In this document: piece by piece, positions 61,348 through 64,000 of the stretch
How positions within the stretch are numbered: the stretch's first letter is position 1
Layout: every line of letters starts with the position of its first letter
NCBI GenBank assembly: GCA_040954595.2
Contig: JBECUI020000025.1
Coordinates: forward strand, 248,001-312,000
Length of the DNA stretch: 64,000 nt
Direction: 5' to 3'
Origin: Balanoglossus misakiensis
Taxonomy: Eukaryota > Animalia > Hemichordata
Notes under the pieces: model-generated
What the model was told of the DNA's origin: nothing
What the model saw: only the letters and a program-made list of their open reading frames with translations
Database searches by the model: none
Position numbers and translations under genes: made by a program

Positions 61348-64000
61348 AAATGTCAGATCAGTTAGATATACTCTGCCAGAATCGTAAAAATTGGGTCGCT
61401 GCCAGTAAAAAAAACAACTTTGAGGAAGGGATAAAACGAATCCTATCGGACCTCTATCCAGACAATGCCCATTTTATTTACGAACTTTTGCAAAATGCTG
61501 AAGATACTCATGCCGGGAAAGTACGGTTTACTTTGTACGAAGACAAAATTACGTTCGATCATAACGCGAAGCGGCTATTTGACTTTAAGGATGTAGATTC
61601 GATTACAGGCATTGGTGAAAGCACCAAACGAGACGATCCGACGAATATTGGTAAATTCGGTGTAGGGTTTAAGGCAGTCTTTGCCTATACAAACACGCCT
61701 GAAATCCACTCTGGAAAATTTCATTTTCATATTCGAGACCTCGTGGTACCTGAACGCATCCAGAATACCAAAGCAAGCAAATACAAAACCCGTTTCACTT
61801 TTCCGTTTGACCATCAAACAAAGCACGCACCACAAGCCGTTGAAGAAATTAAACGTGGACTACAATCTTTAGAGGAGAACACACTGTTGTTCCTTCATTC
61901 CATTCATTGTATCGAATACACACTTCCTGATGGATCTTCTGGTTCCCTGAAGCGTGTTGATCGCAAAAACAGGCATGTAGAAATTCATTCATCACACCCA
62001 GAAGGAGAAAAATCAGTTTCTCATTGGTTACGGTATCAAAAAGACGTAGAAGTACCCGACGAAGATGGAGAGGTCAAGACATGCAGAATCGCTATCGCCT
62101 ATAAACTTCAGCAAAAAGAGAAAAAGAATGCAGATACACCTGAACATACACTTGAACCAGTGTGGAAAATTATTCCTGTAGACCATGGTCAGGTATCAAT
62201 CTACTTCCCCGCGGAAAAAGAAACGTCTAATTTGCGATACCATATTCATGCACCATTTGCCTCGACCGTTGCTCGTGATAGCATTCGTGACTGTCATGCT
62301 AACTGTAAATTGCGTAATTGCATAGCCGAACTGATAGTGGAATCACTTACCGATATTCGGGACCAGGGTATGCTTACGACGGATTTTCTTGTTGCATTGC
62401 CAAACAAAGAAGATAACCTCTCGCCGTTTTATGAACCAATACGAAGGGAAATTGTACATGCATTCAAGCATAAAAAACTCACACCGACACGGAGCGGGAC
62501 CTATGCTCCAGCTATCGAGCTCTATAGAGGGACCGCAAAAATTGCCAAAGTTATAAGTGACGAAGATTTATCTTTTTTGACTGGTTCTAAATCGGCGTTA
62601 TGGGCAGCTAATCCACCACAAAAAAATCAGCGTGATGATCGCTTCCTTGACAGCCTTGAGATCAGCACCTGGGAATTGAAAGAGATTTCCGAAACACTAA
62701 ACAAGGCGAAGCATGAACCCATTAAACAATGGATCGCTAAGAAAAACGATGATTGGATTATGAGTTTTTATGCTCTACTGGGTGAGTACTGTGTGCGTTT
62801 GCGGAATGTACGAGGAACTCTATTTCAGCACGTCCCACCCATCGTCAGGGTTAGTACTGATCGAGGAGATGTACATGAGTTGCCTGACAATACGTATTTT
62901 TCACCGGAACAGGACATTACTCCACCTCAGGGTATTTACTTTGTAAAACATACCGTCTACAACAAAGGGTCTGAAAGGCAAGATGAAGCAGTCGTATTTC
63001 TTAAACACATTGGTGTGCGCTCCTTTGACGAAAAGGCAGTTATCACATTGAGGTTGGAACGTTACAATACAAAGGAGAAGAAAATTGATGATGATCACTA
63101 TAAAGACCTAAAGAAGTTTATAACTTACTGGAAAGAAAATCCTAACGAAACATACCTTTTCAAGAAGTATGCTTTTCTGGTCGGCAGAATACCGAATGAC
63201 GGTCTGTTTTGGTGCAAGCCTACTAATCTATGCATTGATTCCCCCTATCGAGACACTAGGCTTGCTTCATTGGCAAAAATTCATTTGAAGCAAGTCTTGT
63301 GGGAAGAGTATACGGACAAGTTAGATAAATCACAACTTGAAGACTTCATCAAATTTGTATTGGAAGTGGGAGCAATGCATAAACTTTGTGTTACCGAGAC
63401 ATCTATCGAGAATAATCCAAAATGGGAACGCTATGGAAGAAGAACGCACACAAGCATTCAAGAAGACTATTCAATCGAAGGGCTTGATAGTTATACGAAA
63501 TGTCAATTAGTTTCGGCAAGCCAGTTAATCTGGCAAGCAGTAATTGGAGCAAAGCGGAAAGTAGCCAAGGCTAGGTACCGCCCCAATCAGCAATATGACA
63601 ACGTATGTTCGTTCGATTCGCAACTTGTTGTTCATCTCAAGCAATGTGAATGGATCCCCGATAAATCCGGCAACTTCCATAAACCACAGAACATGACACA
63701 CGATAACCTTCCCACGGAATTCCCTTACGACGATCGGAACGGATTACTAACTGCAATTGGGTTTGGAGAAGTTGAAAAAAGACGCACCGAAGAATATGCC
63801 ACGCAGAACCAAGAAGCACAAAACATGGGATTTGAGACCGCGGATGAAGCTGGGAAATGGGCAGAAGTAGCTCGATTAGCGAAAAAAAAAGGGCGATCCG
63901 CGGATAGCGTCATTGCAGGACTTCAACAAGATCGTTTCCCAACCAAGCCACTGCTCGATCCCGCCAGGCGTCAATTGCGCCTGGACGAACAACGAGCAAA
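61344..64000 (+). CDS. Large protein with sacsin/NOV-like GHKL ATPase N-terminus, 3'-truncated by the window edge
   Basis: Absent from the ORF track, apparently because it has no stop before the edge. Reads MKMSDQ...LYPDNAHFIYELLQNAED...IGKFGVGFKAVF...IYFPAEKETS..HIHAPF. ATGA overlap with the helicase. Confidence 0.88.
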   Translation, partial: MKMSDQLDILCQNRKNWVAASKKNNFEEGIKRILSDLYPDNAHFIYELLQNAEDTHAGKVRFTLYEDKITFDHNAKRLFDFKDVDSITGIGESTKRDDPTNIGKFGVGFKAVFAYTNTPEIHSGKFHFHIRDLVVPERIQNTKASKYKTRFTFPFDHQTKHAPQAVEEIKRGLQSLEENTLLFLHSIHCIEYTLPDGSSGSLKRVDRKNRHVEIHSSHPEGEKSVSHWLRYQKDVEVPDEDGEVKTCRIAIAYKLQQKEKKNADTPEHTLEPVWKIIPVDHGQVSIYFPAEKETSNLRYHIHAPFASTVARDSIRDCHANCKLRNCIAELIVESLTDIRDQGMLTTDFLVALPNKEDNLSPFYEPIRREIVHAFKHKKLTPTRSGTYAPAIELYRGTAKIAKVISDEDLSFLTGSKSALWAANPPQKNQRDDRFLDSLEISTWELKEISETLNKAKHEPIKQWIAKKNDDWIMSFYALLGEYCVRLRNVRGTLFQHVPPIVRVSTDRGDVHELPDNTYFSPEQDITPPQGIYFVKHTVYNKGSERQDEAVVFLKHIGVRSFDEKAVITLRLERYNTKEKKIDDDHYKDLKKFITYWKENPNETYLFKKYAFLVGRIPNDGLFWCKPTNLCIDSPYRDTRLASLAKIHLKQVLWEEYTDKLDKSQLEDFIKFVLEVGAMHKLCVTETSIENNPKWERYGRRTHTSIQEDYSIEGLDSYTKCQLVSASQLIWQAVIGAKRKVAKARYRPNQQYDNVCSFDSQLVVHLKQCEWIPDKSGNFHKPQNMTHDNLPTEFPYDDRNGLLTAIGFGEVEKRRTEEYATQNQEAQNMGFETADEAGKWAEVARLAKKKGRSADSVIAGLQQDRFPTKPLLDPARRQLRLDEQRA

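Noticed and set aside
56237-64000. Prophage or ICE at the tRNA
   Set aside because: No integrase, phage or conjugation genes, and no second att copy within the window.

Overview
Bacterial chromosomal window, most likely from a spirochete: it has a class I lysyl-tRNA synthetase, a complete MoxR-DUF58-BatA/B/C/D operon and a spirochete-type excisionase-HTH regulator. Housekeeping blocks lie at 1-13.9 kb (uvrD/pcrA, rplM-rpsI, eno, msrA, dGTPase, and an HMG-CoA reductase coupled to an animal-like alkyl-DHAP synthase) and 35.9-56.3 kb (hisD, folC, NFACT, fba, infA, bat operon, SMUG1, clpP, era, rpiA, lysS, rlpA, tRNA-CAT). Between them is a ~22 kb accessory island (13.97-35.85 kb). It holds a DUF488 two-gene module and a cassette-like series of conflict genes (orphan antitoxin, two FRG-TPR proteins, Abi_C/HEPN, ImmA/IrrE, Fic) separated by copies of one linker element. 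It also holds chimeric gene remnants joined at microhomologies, an array of 41-bp palindromes, and two arrays (10 + 5 units) of a hairpin-rich ~154-bp repeat. These two arrays bracket a ~2,080-aa FN3/Ig/GLUG surface lipoprotein whose promoter carries a G18 tract. A second island starts just after the tRNA: type III-like Mod methyltransferase, SNF2 helicase and a sacsin-like ATPase that runs off the window. Many single-base frameshifts in essential genes at 46.5-56.6 kb are most likely sequencing indels. All calls come from reading the sequence; no database searches were run.
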